This document shows, one piece after another, positions 28,441-37,528 of a stretch of 64,000 nucleotides of DNA. Under the pieces are notes generated by a model, which saw only the letters and a program-made list of their open reading frames with translations, made no database searches and was not told the DNA's origin. The stretch comes from an uncultured Klebsiella sp. (GTDB lineage: Bacteria > Pseudomonadota > Gammaproteobacteria > Ga0077536), in the NCBI GenBank assembly GCA_964555355.1, contig CAZKRY010000001.1, positions 343,177 through 407,176 of the forward strand, written 5' to 3'. The translations under genes were made by a program, and so were the position numbers. Each line of letters opens with the position of its first letter. Position 1 is the first letter of the stretch.

Positions 28441-29151
28441 ATGATCTGCCTGAGCTTAGATACGGATCACATGAGCGAGGCGCGCATGCGTGACTTTCTC
28501 GCTGAATTCACGTTGCCGGGCCAAGCCACATTTTTCTGCACCGGAGCGTACGACTCCCTGGCCGCTACGGATCACGAGTTGTGTCCGCATCCGTATCTTG
28601 GGCCGAGCAACGATTGGAACGAGGAGCTTGCGTCGATGCGACGAATGTTTCCGGCCGCCCGCGGCTGGCGCTCGCATTCCTGTGTATTCAGCCACACGCT
28701 CGCGGAGCAGGTTGCCAGCCTTGGTTATGCCTACGCAAGCACCCAGGATGATCTCGGCTGCGCGAACCTGCGTCCGCATCGGCACGCGTGGGGTCTGTGG
28801 CAAATGCCCATCTATTACATGGACAACCTCGACTTCTCCCATTCACGATTCTGGCGAGACTCATCACACCGCCCGTTCGACCAGACGGTTATCGACACCG
28901 CCCTGCGTGGCGATGCCCTGTATATCTTCGATTTCCATCCGATCCATTTAATGCTGAATAGCCATTCCGCGGAGTCGTATTTCGTGCGGCGAGATGCGTT
29001 CAAAGGCGGTGCGGACATTGCGAGCCTGCGCTGTCCGGAGCCTGGGGTGCGGGATTTTTTCTTGAATCTGATCGATGCGATGGCGCGGGCGGGAATGCGG
29101 AGTTACGCGCTGCGCGAAGCGCTTGACGTCCATATTGCGCGCGGCTGCTGA
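28441..29151 (+). CDS. Putative polysaccharide deacetylase (CE4)-like protein
   Basis: The start is set at ATG 28441; the ORF-track start 28294 overlaps the upstream gene. SLDTDH, CPHPY and FHPIHL motifs are spaced like CE4 motifs 1, 2 and 5. Confidence 0.35.
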   Translation: MICLSLDTDHMSEARMRDFLAEFTLPGQATFFCTGAYDSLAATDHELCPHPYLGPSNDWNEELASMRRMFPAARGWRSHSCVFSHTLAEQVASLGYAYASTQDDLGCANLRPHRHAWGLWQMPIYYMDNLDFSHSRFWRDSSHRPFDQTVIDTALRGDALYIFDFHPIHLMLNSHSAESYFVRRDAFKGGADIASLRCPEPGVRDFFLNLIDAMARAGMRSYALREALDVHIARGC

Positions 29152-29175
29152 ACGAATGAGCAAGGACAGCATGGA

Positions 29176-30978
29176 ATGAACGCGACGGTTGGCGTTGAGA
29201 CGGGAATCGTGGTCAAGACAGACGATACGCCGTTCGATCCCGAGGCTTGGGTAAGCGCCTTTTCGGCACGCCATGGTCGTCGTCCGCGCGTGCTGCATAT
29301 CGGCAACATCGCCGCAAACGCCTACAACAACGCGAAAATGATGAACACGCTCGGCTTCGAGTGCGAAGTGTTGTGCGCAGACTACTATCACATGATGGGT
29401 TGTCCCGAGTGGGAGGACGCGGACTTTGAGGGCGATATCGGTGATCACTTCGCGCCCACTTGGTTTAAAGTCAATCTCCGCGGTTACGAGCGGCCTCGAT
29501 GGTTCGCTCAAGGGCCGCTTGAATTGTGCCTACGTTATTTGGGCGCCCGCGCAGCGGGGCGCCAACGTGAAGCGGATTATCTCTGGCGCGCGCTCGGAGT
29601 TTTTAATCGTACGCGCGCGCCGGGGCCGCTCGAATCCTTGCAGAGCACGCTTTATCAGAGTCGTCAATTAGCACGCCGTATAGCCGCTGTCCTAGATTCT
29701 CCGGTGCGCCGTGCACGGGTCATCGCGCGGCTAGAAGAAATCGGGACGCGTTGGCGCCATCAGTGGCGAAGACGCCACGCGCTGGCAGCATCGATGGGCG
29801 CCGTGCGCAATCTGAGTCGCGCCATCGCCGGAAACGCTTTGCTGCTCATCGCAGCAGTGCTTCGCGCCTGTTTTACCTACTTGCCTGGAGGGCGGAACGC
29901 GCGAGAAGTATCGACTGCCGGCGAGAATGCGAGTGCGCAGCTTGCGGCGATGCTTTGCGATGACTTCAAACGACGTTTTCCTTCTCGAACCGATACCCTT
30001 GTTGTCACTGATGTGGCCGCGTACGCCTCGAATATGCCTTCATGGCAGGAAGTCTTTGCCTCGTATGACTTAGTCCAAGGATATGCGACCGATCCGATTT
30101 TTCCGATGTTGACCGGTCATCCCTACTGCGCTTTCGAACATGGAACTTTGCGCGAATTACCGTTTCGCAACGACGCGCTTGGCAGAATGACCGCGTTAGC
30201 CTATGCGCGCGCACAGCAAGTATTTGTCACTAACTCCGATTGCATCGATAACGCCCACCTTCTCGCCGGTTCGCGCGCGATACCTTTACCACACCCGTTC
30301 GACGAAGATCGCGCTGTTCGCGTGATTGGAGCGGACGCGCTTCGCACAAGCCTAAAGGCCGAACTTAATGTCGACATCCTCGCTTTTTTCCCGACTCGTC
30401 ACGATTGGGTAGTGGGCACGGGTTTCGCCGACAAAGCGAACGATCGTTTTTTCCAAGCCCTGGCGCGACTTCATCGCGACGGCTTCCGTGTTGGGGTTGT
30501 TTGCTGCGAATGGGGACGCAACGTCGTCGAAAGCAAGGCGTTGATTCGCGACCTAGGGCTTGAGAATTGCGTGAAGTGGGTTGCGCCGATGGGCGTCGTG
30601 CGTTACGAGCGCCACGTGCTCGCGTGTGATTTTGTCGTTGATCAATTCTTGCTCGGCGCGTTCGGCGGCGTCACTTTTCGTGCGCTGGCCGCCGGTCGAC
30701 CGGTGCTGACCTGGCTACGTTCGGACGAAGTCGCACGAAGCTTTGGCACGTGTCCGCCAATAATCAACTGTCAGTCGACAGAGGATATCGTTCAAGCATT
30801 GGGCCGAGCATTAAGTGTCGCCGGAGAATTACAACGCATCGGCGCTGACGCGCGGCGCTGGGTTGAGCGATACCACAGCGGGCGCGCTACGGTTACCACG
30901 CAATTACGCGCATACGCACGAATAATTGAGGAGTCACGATCATCGGAAAACTTGTCGCCGAAGAGGATGTTGAGGTGA
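29176..30978 (+). CDS. GT-B fold glycosyltransferase (GT4-like), paralog 3 of 3
   Basis: The RVLHIGNIAANAYNNAK...CEVLCADYYHMMGCPEWED N-terminal motif is near-identical to that of paralog 2. C-terminal GT-B domain. Confidence 0.55.
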   Translation: MNATVGVETGIVVKTDDTPFDPEAWVSAFSARHGRRPRVLHIGNIAANAYNNAKMMNTLGFECEVLCADYYHMMGCPEWEDADFEGDIGDHFAPTWFKVNLRGYERPRWFAQGPLELCLRYLGARAAGRQREADYLWRALGVFNRTRAPGPLESLQSTLYQSRQLARRIAAVLDSPVRRARVIARLEEIGTRWRHQWRRRHALAASMGAVRNLSRAIAGNALLLIAAVLRACFTYLPGGRNAREVSTAGENASAQLAAMLCDDFKRRFPSRTDTLVVTDVAAYASNMPSWQEVFASYDLVQGYATDPIFPMLTGHPYCAFEHGTLRELPFRNDALGRMTALAYARAQQVFVTNSDCIDNAHLLAGSRAIPLPHPFDEDRAVRVIGADALRTSLKAELNVDILAFFPTRHDWVVGTGFADKANDRFFQALARLHRDGFRVGVVCCEWGRNVVESKALIRDLGLENCVKWVAPMGVVRYERHVLACDFVVDQFLLGAFGGVTFRALAAGRPVLTWLRSDEVARSFGTCPPIINCQSTEDIVQALGRALSVAGELQRIGADARRWVERYHSGRATVTTQLRAYARIIEESRSSENLSPKRMLR

Positions 30979-31859
30979 AGCGAGTAATGGTCGTTGGCGC
31001 CCAGGGATATCTTGGGCGGGCCTTTTGTCGAGTAGCGAGCGCCCGAGGACTACAAGTGTTCGCGGCCAGTTCTCGTGATGGAACAGGTCTCAATCCAACG
31101 ACCGGACTGGTGAGTGACGGCTTTGCGATACCGCCAAATACCGACACGGTTCTTTATCTCGCGCAATCGCCTTACTACCGCCATGTGCCGCAATATGCGG
31201 CGCATCTTATGACGGTCAATAGCGTTAGCGCCGTTGAGGTGGCGCGTCTCGCGACCGAAGCGGGCGTACGCCGCTTCATCTACGCCTCCACCGGCAGTGT
31301 TTACGAACCCAAATTTACGCCGCTCGCCGAAACAGCGCCGCTGTTGGAGACCGCATGGTATCCGTTGTCGAAAATTCTCGCCGAGAAGGCGCTCGCGTTG
31401 TTCAGACCCGCGCTCGATGTTTGTGCCGTACGCATTTTTGGAATTTACGGCCCCATGCAACAAGACAAGCTCGTGCCGAATCTTGTCAATCGATTGCGCG
31501 AAAATCAACCGGTGATTCTTCAGGCAAACCCCACAAATCCCGCTGATCGCGGCGGGCTGCGAATCTCGCTGTGCCATATCGACGACGCGTGCCAGGTGCT
31601 ACTGCAACTAATCGCGATCGCCGGACAATTACCGCACATTCTCAACCTTGGCGGCGATGAGGCAGTCGATCTGCGCACGCTGGCGACGCTGCTTTCGCGT
31701 CGACTTGGGGTCGCGGCAACCTTTACCGAAACCGATATCGAGCGGCATGGTGATCTCGTATGCGATGGAAGCTTGCTTGCATCGTTAGTAAAACCTGAAT
31801 TCAGGCCCATTGCAGAAGGCTTGCAGTATGTAGTCGATCCGCGCGAGGGTCGAGATTGA
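30975..31859 (+). CDS. NAD-dependent epimerase/dehydratase-family protein (SDR)
   Basis: VVGAQGYLG Rossmann motif and YxxxK (YPLSKILAE). GTGA overlap with the upstream gene; an alternative ATG is at 30987. Confidence 0.7.
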   Translation: MKRVMVVGAQGYLGRAFCRVASARGLQVFAASSRDGTGLNPTTGLVSDGFAIPPNTDTVLYLAQSPYYRHVPQYAAHLMTVNSVSAVEVARLATEAGVRRFIYASTGSVYEPKFTPLAETAPLLETAWYPLSKILAEKALALFRPALDVCAVRIFGIYGPMQQDKLVPNLVNRLRENQPVILQANPTNPADRGGLRISLCHIDDACQVLLQLIAIAGQLPHILNLGGDEAVDLRTLATLLSRRLGVAATFTETDIERHGDLVCDGSLLASLVKPEFRPIAEGLQYVVDPREGRD

Positions 31860-33037
31860 GTGCGCCGTGTAAGCGCCGCTTCGGCCTTGTGCTCGTCGGC
31901 GTTGGCGATTTAACGGGAGGAGGCGGCGCGGAACGTTACTTCGCGGACTTGTTTCTCACGCACCGTGCGCGAGCGGCTCATGCCAACGAAGAACTTTGGC
32001 TAATCACGGACGCCACAACCATTACCAGGCTCGAGGCGATTGGCCGTTGTGTGAAAGGTGAACGAGTAATCCAAGTCCCAGAGCGGCGCTTCGTCGCCGC
32101 GTTTGGCGAGACGCGCCGTTTGCGGCAAATCTCGACCAGCGGAGGCTTCGATCTTTTGCATCTAACGCAAGCGTTGCCACGCCATCTTCTCTGGCTATGG
32201 ACGCTGCCTCGTCTTAGATCTCGAATCACGATGAATCTCAATGATGACGAGATTGCGCTGCGCTTGGAATCCAGACCGTTACCGCGCGGGCGCGATTTGG
32301 AATGGCGAACCTATCGAGCGTATTTCCAATCGACAGCAATCGACGGATACATGGTTTGGTATCGTCGCTTAGCTGAAGTCTTGCCCCGCTTTCTCGCGAA
32401 GCGAACGTCTACCGTACGCGCCGCCCAGTACTGTTTCGTGGATGTGGAAAAATTCAAGCCTGCGGCCTTAAAACAAAAACAAATTGTGTTTGCCGGGCGA
32501 TTTGTGTCGGTTAAGCGGCCGGAGCTATTTGTCGCGGCCGTGGCAATCGCGCGCGCACGTATTCCCGAGTGCTTGGCAACTTGGAAATTTTCGATGTTTG
32601 GCAAAGGGCCGCTCGAGCGCGCGCTTCGCGAACAATGCCACGCGGCCGGATTGGACGATATTCTGACCATTGGCTATGCAGCCGACATGGGCTCGGTGCT
32701 TTCGACGAGCAATTGTTTCGTCTCTACGCAGGATCACGAGAACTTCACTTCTCTCGCGATGCTGGAGGCAATGGCTTGCGGTAACGCGATTATCGCAAGA
32801 GACGTCGGACAGACCGTGGATTTTGTGCGCCCGGGTAGAAATGGGTTGTTGGTAGATTCTGACAAGCCGGAAGCGCTTGCGGATGCGTTAGTTGAATACG
32901 TTTCGCATCCCGAATCTCACGCCGTGTATGCGAAGGAAAGCCGTCGAATTACCGAAGAAGAACATTGCGCCGAAAATGCGCTCTCGGAGTTTTTGGAATT
33001 TTGGACGACAGTCTCTTCTAGCCACGCGTATGGATGA
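31856..33037 (+). CDS. Glycosyltransferase family 4 (GT-B)
   Basis: The GGAERYFADL N-terminal motif and C-terminal EAMACGNAIIA are typical of GT4/GT1. Apparent TTG start overlapping the upstream stop. Confidence 0.75.
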   Translation: MSAPCKRRFGLVLVGVGDLTGGGGAERYFADLFLTHRARAAHANEELWLITDATTITRLEAIGRCVKGERVIQVPERRFVAAFGETRRLRQISTSGGFDLLHLTQALPRHLLWLWTLPRLRSRITMNLNDDEIALRLESRPLPRGRDLEWRTYRAYFQSTAIDGYMVWYRRLAEVLPRFLAKRTSTVRAAQYCFVDVEKFKPAALKQKQIVFAGRFVSVKRPELFVAAVAIARARIPECLATWKFSMFGKGPLERALREQCHAAGLDDILTIGYAADMGSVLSTSNCFVSTQDHENFTSLAMLEAMACGNAIIARDVGQTVDFVRPGRNGLLVDSDKPEALADALVEYVSHPESHAVYAKESRRITEEEHCAENALSEFLEFWTTVSSSHAYG

Positions 33038-34199
33038 AAAACCACTAGCGCGGCGGATCCGTATTACGCATCTGATTCCGAGTCTTGAAATTGGCGGCGC
33101 CGAACAGTCGCTAGTCAAGCTGGTTACGGGCCTCGACCCGCAAGTATTCGAACAGCGCGTTATCTCGATGATCGGGGGCGGCGCGCTGGCGAGTAAGCTG
33201 GAGGCAGTTGGGATCCCGCTCGAGTCACTCGGCATGCGACGCGGACAACCGTCACCGCGTGCGTACTGGCGGCTTCGTCGGTCTCTTCGTGGCGCTCCTC
33301 CGGACGTGCTCCAGACGTGGCTATACCACGCGGACTTGCTTGGGACGATTGCCGTCGGGCGCGCGACCCGGCCCAGTCTCGTGTGGAACGTACGGTGTTC
33401 AAACATGGATCTGACGCAATATCGATCACTAACGAGATTGGTGTTGTTTATTTTGTCTCGATGGGCTTTTCGGCCTTTAGCGGTTTTGGTTAATAGTGAA
33501 GCGGGTCGGCGTTACCATGCCGCGCTTGGTTATGCTCCACGACGTTGGGAGGTCATCCCTAACGGGTTTGATACCGAGCGATTCCGTCCCGACTCGGTGG
33601 CGCGAGACGCCATTCGTCGAGAGCTAGCTATTCCGCCGCAAGCACCCATCGTCGGCTTGGTTGCCCGTCATGATCCCGCGAAGGATCACCGCACATTTTT
33701 AGAGGCCGCCCGGCTGGTTCACACGGCTTGTCCCTTAACACGGTTTATTCTAATAGGCAGCGGCATCCCTGCGTTGCGAGAAGCGGTGTCCGCGCAGGGG
33801 CTTGCCTCGCATGTGCATTTGCTTGATGCACGCAGCGATATCGAACGAGTCATGGCAGCGTTTGACGTAGGTTGTCTTGCTTCCGCATGGGGCGAGGGGT
33901 TTCCGAACGTGCTCGGTGAAATGATGGCCTGTGGCGTACCTTGCGTAACAACTCGCGTGGGTGATGCGGCAACGATTATCGGCACGACAGGAGAAGTCGT
34001 TTCGCCCGGCGACGCCACCGCGCTCGCCACCGCGTTGATCGGGCTTTGTTCAGTAACTCCGGCGGCGCGCGCGCGGTTAGGCGCGGCGGCGCGCGCGCGA
34101 ATTCAGGCGGATTATTCGCTGGCAGTCGTCTTGGCGCGCTACGCGGATTTTTATCATTCGTTGGCGGATGTCGCGGCCCTCGCGCAAGTCAATTCTTAG
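33030..34199 (+). CDS. Glycosyltransferase family 4 (GT-B)
   Basis: The start is set at ATG 33030, overlapping the upstream gene by 8 nt (ATGGATGA). IRITHLIPSLEIGGAEQ N-terminal motif, C-terminal GEMMACGVPCV. Confidence 0.8.
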   Translation: MDEKPLARRIRITHLIPSLEIGGAEQSLVKLVTGLDPQVFEQRVISMIGGGALASKLEAVGIPLESLGMRRGQPSPRAYWRLRRSLRGAPPDVLQTWLYHADLLGTIAVGRATRPSLVWNVRCSNMDLTQYRSLTRLVLFILSRWAFRPLAVLVNSEAGRRYHAALGYAPRRWEVIPNGFDTERFRPDSVARDAIRRELAIPPQAPIVGLVARHDPAKDHRTFLEAARLVHTACPLTRFILIGSGIPALREAVSAQGLASHVHLLDARSDIERVMAAFDVGCLASAWGEGFPNVLGEMMACGVPCVTTRVGDAATIIGTTGEVVSPGDATALATALIGLCSVTPAARARLGAAARARIQADYSLAVVLARYADFYHSLADVAALAQVNS

Positions 34200-34238
34200 A
34201 AATCACGAAGCTATCGATAAGCATTGGAATAAAACATT

Positions 34239-36194
34239 ATGTGTGGAATTGTCGGCGCGCTTATCGGTAACGCGTTCGATCGATCGAACTTACGTTCGGC
34301 GGTGGACGCAATGAACACGCGTCTCCATCACCGCGGCCCCGACGCCGGCGACGTGTGGGTTGACGCCTCCGCTGGCCTTGCGCTCGGCCACCGACGCTTG
34401 TCGATTCTCGATCTCTCGCCCGCAGGCGCGCAGCCGATGCACTCCAAGTGTGGTCGCTATGTCATCGTCTTTAACGGCGAGATCTATAACTTCGCGTCTT
34501 TGCGCGACGAGCTTGCCGCGCGCGGAGAAATCTTTGTCGGGCATTCGGATACGGAAGTCTTGCTCGCGGGTTTTGTCGCTTGGGGTATCGAACAGACACT
34601 AAAACGCGCCAACGGCATGTTTGCGATTGCACTCTGGGACAAACGCGAACGTGAATTAACGCTGGCGCGCGACAGATTAGGCGAAAAGCCGCTGTATTAC
34701 GGAATGCATCAGGGATCGTTGTTGTTCGCCTCGGAACTCAAAGCACTGCATGCCTGGCCGGATTTCAGACCAGAGATCGATCGCGATGCGCTTACGCTCT
34801 TTCTCCGACATAACTACATTCCAGAGCCGTTTTGTGTTTATCGGGGCTTACGCAAACTGCCGCCTGCGCATTTCTTGACCGTTGGTGTCGATTCGCTCCG
34901 AGAGTTACCCGCGCCCCGACCGTATTGGTCGTTGCAAGATGCGATCACGCGTGGGCGGCAAACACCCTTCTCCGGCACACGCGAAGAAGGCGTGGAGTTA
35001 TTGGATACAACACTGCGCGAATCGGTGCGGCTGCGCATGGTGGCCGATGTCCCGCTCGGCGCGTTTCTCTCGGGCGGGATCGATTCCTCCACCGTGGTCG
35101 CCCTGATGCAGGCACAGAGCACACGCCCAATCCGCACGTTTTCGATTGGCTTTACCGTGCCTGAGTATGACGAAGCGCCCTATGCGCGCGCGGTCGCCAA
35201 ACACTTGGGCACGGACCACACGGAGCTTTACGTCAATCCGGATGAGACGCGCGCCGTCATCCCGCGCCTCCCGGCGATGTATGACGAACCCTTTGCGGAC
35301 TCATCGCAAATTCCAACCTTCTTGGTGTCCTCGCTCGCCCGCCAACACGTCACGGTCGCAATGTCAGGTGACGCCGGAGACGAACTTTTTGCTGGCTACA
35401 CACGTTATTCCGTGGCACTCGACCTTTGGCGCCGGCAACAACGTTTGCCATTGGTTGCCCGGCGTGCGCTGGCGCGCGTGTTGACCGGCATCGCTCCGCG
35501 GCAGTGGGATAGTTTGTTCAAGGTACTTGGCCCAGTACTGCCGGCGCGTCTACGTCAACCGATGCCCGGTGACAAATTGCATAAGCTCGCAGGCTTGCTC
35601 GCAATCAATGAATCGCTCGCGATGTATCGCGATTTGATTTCCCTATGGAAAGAGCCGGAGCGAGTGGTACTCGGAGGCCGCGAACCACCGAGTGTCATGT
35701 CGATTGCAGCTAACTTGCCTAACGAACTCGAGTTTGTCGAACGCATGATGGCGCTGGATACCTTGCACTATCTGCCGGGCGACATTTTGACCAAAGTCGA
35801 TCGCGCGAGCATGGCAGTAAGTCTGGAAGCGCGCGTGCCGTTACTCGATACGGAAGTCGTCGAACTCGCTTGGCGCTTACCGCAGTCATTTAAGGTGCAT
35901 CAAGGCGTGGGCAAATGGGTGCTGCGCGAGGTGCTCGCGCGCTACGTGCCGCGTAAGCTTTTTGAACGGCCCAAAATGGGTTTCGGGATCCCGATTGACG
36001 CCTGGCTGCGCGGCCCTTTACGCGAATGGGCGGAAGATCTGTTGAACGAATCGCGCTTAGCGCAAGCCGGTTTTTTCGACGCTAAGGCAGTACGGCAGGT
36101 ATGGCAGGCTCATCTATCCGGCGGCCAGAATCTGCAATATTTGTTGTGGACGATTTTGACTTTCGAGGCGTGGCGGGCCGCTTATCGGAGCTAA
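34239..36194 (+). CDS. Asparagine synthase (glutamine-hydrolysing)-family amidotransferase, second paralog
   Basis: MCGIVG N-terminus and PP-loop SGGIDSST. Paralogous to 11060..12934. Confidence 0.85.
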   Translation: MCGIVGALIGNAFDRSNLRSAVDAMNTRLHHRGPDAGDVWVDASAGLALGHRRLSILDLSPAGAQPMHSKCGRYVIVFNGEIYNFASLRDELAARGEIFVGHSDTEVLLAGFVAWGIEQTLKRANGMFAIALWDKRERELTLARDRLGEKPLYYGMHQGSLLFASELKALHAWPDFRPEIDRDALTLFLRHNYIPEPFCVYRGLRKLPPAHFLTVGVDSLRELPAPRPYWSLQDAITRGRQTPFSGTREEGVELLDTTLRESVRLRMVADVPLGAFLSGGIDSSTVVALMQAQSTRPIRTFSIGFTVPEYDEAPYARAVAKHLGTDHTELYVNPDETRAVIPRLPAMYDEPFADSSQIPTFLVSSLARQHVTVAMSGDAGDELFAGYTRYSVALDLWRRQQRLPLVARRALARVLTGIAPRQWDSLFKVLGPVLPARLRQPMPGDKLHKLAGLLAINESLAMYRDLISLWKEPERVVLGGREPPSVMSIAANLPNELEFVERMMALDTLHYLPGDILTKVDRASMAVSLEARVPLLDTEVVELAWRLPQSFKVHQGVGKWVLREVLARYVPRKLFERPKMGFGIPIDAWLRGPLREWAEDLLNESRLAQAGFFDAKAVRQVWQAHLSGGQNLQYLLWTILTFEAWRAAYRS

Positions 36195-36204
36195 GCAAGT
36201 AAAC

Positions 36205-36681
36205 CCTTCCGCGTGCGGGAGAGGGTAGGGTGAGGGTCTTCATACAACGCCACTCGACACGCTGCCCCTCACCCGGCGCTACGCGCCGGCCTCTCCCGGT
36301 GGGGAGAGGCGATTGGAATGACGCTCCTGCTGCGCGTGAGTAGCAAAAACCCTCTCCCGCATGCGGGAGGGCAGGGTGAGGGTCTTCATACAACGCCACT
36401 CGACACGCTGCCCCTCACCCGGCGCTACGCGCCGGCCTCTCCCGGTGGGGAGAGGCGATTGGAATGACGCTCCTGCTGCGCGTGAGTAGCAAAAACCCTC
36501 TCCCGCATGCGGGAGGGCAGGGTGAGGGTCTTCATACAACGCCACTCGACACGCTGCCCCTCACCCGGCGCTATGCGCCGGCCTCTCCCGGAGGGAGAGG
36601 CGATTCGATGACACTCCTGCTGCGCGGAAGTGGCAAAATAAAACCCTCTCCCGCATGCGGGAGAGGGCAGGGTGAGGGTCT
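36205..36681. repeat. Tandem array (about 3.3 copies) of a 146-bp composite REP/BIME-like palindromic element
   Basis: The catacaacgc landmark recurs at 36241, 36387 and 36533, a period of 146 bp. Each unit contains the hairpins ccctctcccgc..gcgggaggg, ccctcaccc..gggtgaggg and cctctcccggtggggagagg. The array fills the gap between two convergent genes. Confidence 0.85.
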
Positions 36682-36690
36682 TAAGGCCAC

Positions 36691-37506
36691 TCAACTCCGC
36701 AAATGCACTTCCCGCTGCGGCAGGATCTGAATACCACCGGCCACCAGCGCCGAATACACCGTAGCGTTTACCGCATGACGCGTTTCGAAATAGCGTGCAC
36801 TCGGTGCCCAATAACGAAACGCAAGTGCGATTGACGTTTCGCCAAATCCCTCTATCCCGATTTGCGGCGCGGGCTCCACGGCCACTTCCGTCACACTGCG
36901 CAGTGCCTCTGCAATCAACGCGACCGCGCGTCTCGGATCGGCTTGATACGCAACCCCAATCCGGCCTTCGACAATACGGTTCGCGAAAGAATTGCGATGG
37001 ATTTCACCCGCGATTTGTTTGTTCGGAATAACGATGATTTCGCCGTCTTCGGCCTTGAGTTTGGTGGTCGCGAGCGTGATGTCGGTCACCACGCCGGCGC
37101 AACCTTGCACTTCGATCGTGTCGCCGACTTTGAACGTGCGCGACAAAATCAATGATAACCCCGCGCCGTAGTTGGAAACCGGCCCTTGCAATGCCATGCC
37201 GGCGCCGAGCGCCACGCCACCCAGCGCCGCGAGCAACGGCGCGATACTGATCCCAAGCTTGGCGAGTGCGACGATCAAAAACATTACCATCACGATCAGG
37301 CGCACCGTGCTCGCGATGAATTGGCGGAGCGTGATATCGACATCGCGCCGTTCCTGCAAGCGCAATACCGCATTGCCGACACTGCGCGCCACAAACAAGC
37401 CCACGCCGAAAATGATCAAAGCGCCAATCACTTGGAACGAATAGCGGACAAAAAAATCGATCACGTTTTGCGTGACGCGTGCCAAGGTGTCGATTTCTAG
37501 CGGCAT
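36691..37506 (-). CDS. Small-conductance mechanosensitive channel (MscS family)
   Basis: Three N-terminal transmembrane helices, then the conserved pore/beta-domain region (LGGVALGAGMALQGPVSNYGAGLSL...VGD). Confidence 0.8.
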   Translation of the reverse strand: MPLEIDTLARVTQNVIDFFVRYSFQVIGALIIFGVGLFVARSVGNAVLRLQERRDVDITLRQFIASTVRLIVMVMFLIVALAKLGISIAPLLAALGGVALGAGMALQGPVSNYGAGLSLILSRTFKVGDTIEVQGCAGVVTDITLATTKLKAEDGEIIVIPNKQIAGEIHRNSFANRIVEGRIGVAYQADPRRAVALIAEALRSVTEVAVEPAPQIGIEGFGETSIALAFRYWAPSARYFETRHAVNATVYSALVAGGIQILPQREVHLRS

Positions 37507-37528
37507 ACGCGGCTCCTACGGTCGCGGG

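Noticed and set aside
36082-36811. Overlapping ORFs on both strands (36082..36399-, 36279..36545-, 36425..36811-, 36464..36730+) encoding near-identical 'MALYEDPHPALPHAGEGFCYSRAAGASFQSPLPTGRGRRVAPGEGQRVEWRCMKTLTLP' peptides
   Set aside because: They lie entirely within the 146-bp tandem REP array. The repeated peptide simply reflects the repeated DNA, there is no ribosome-binding-site context, and they overlap each other in different frames. They are artefacts of the palindromic repeats.
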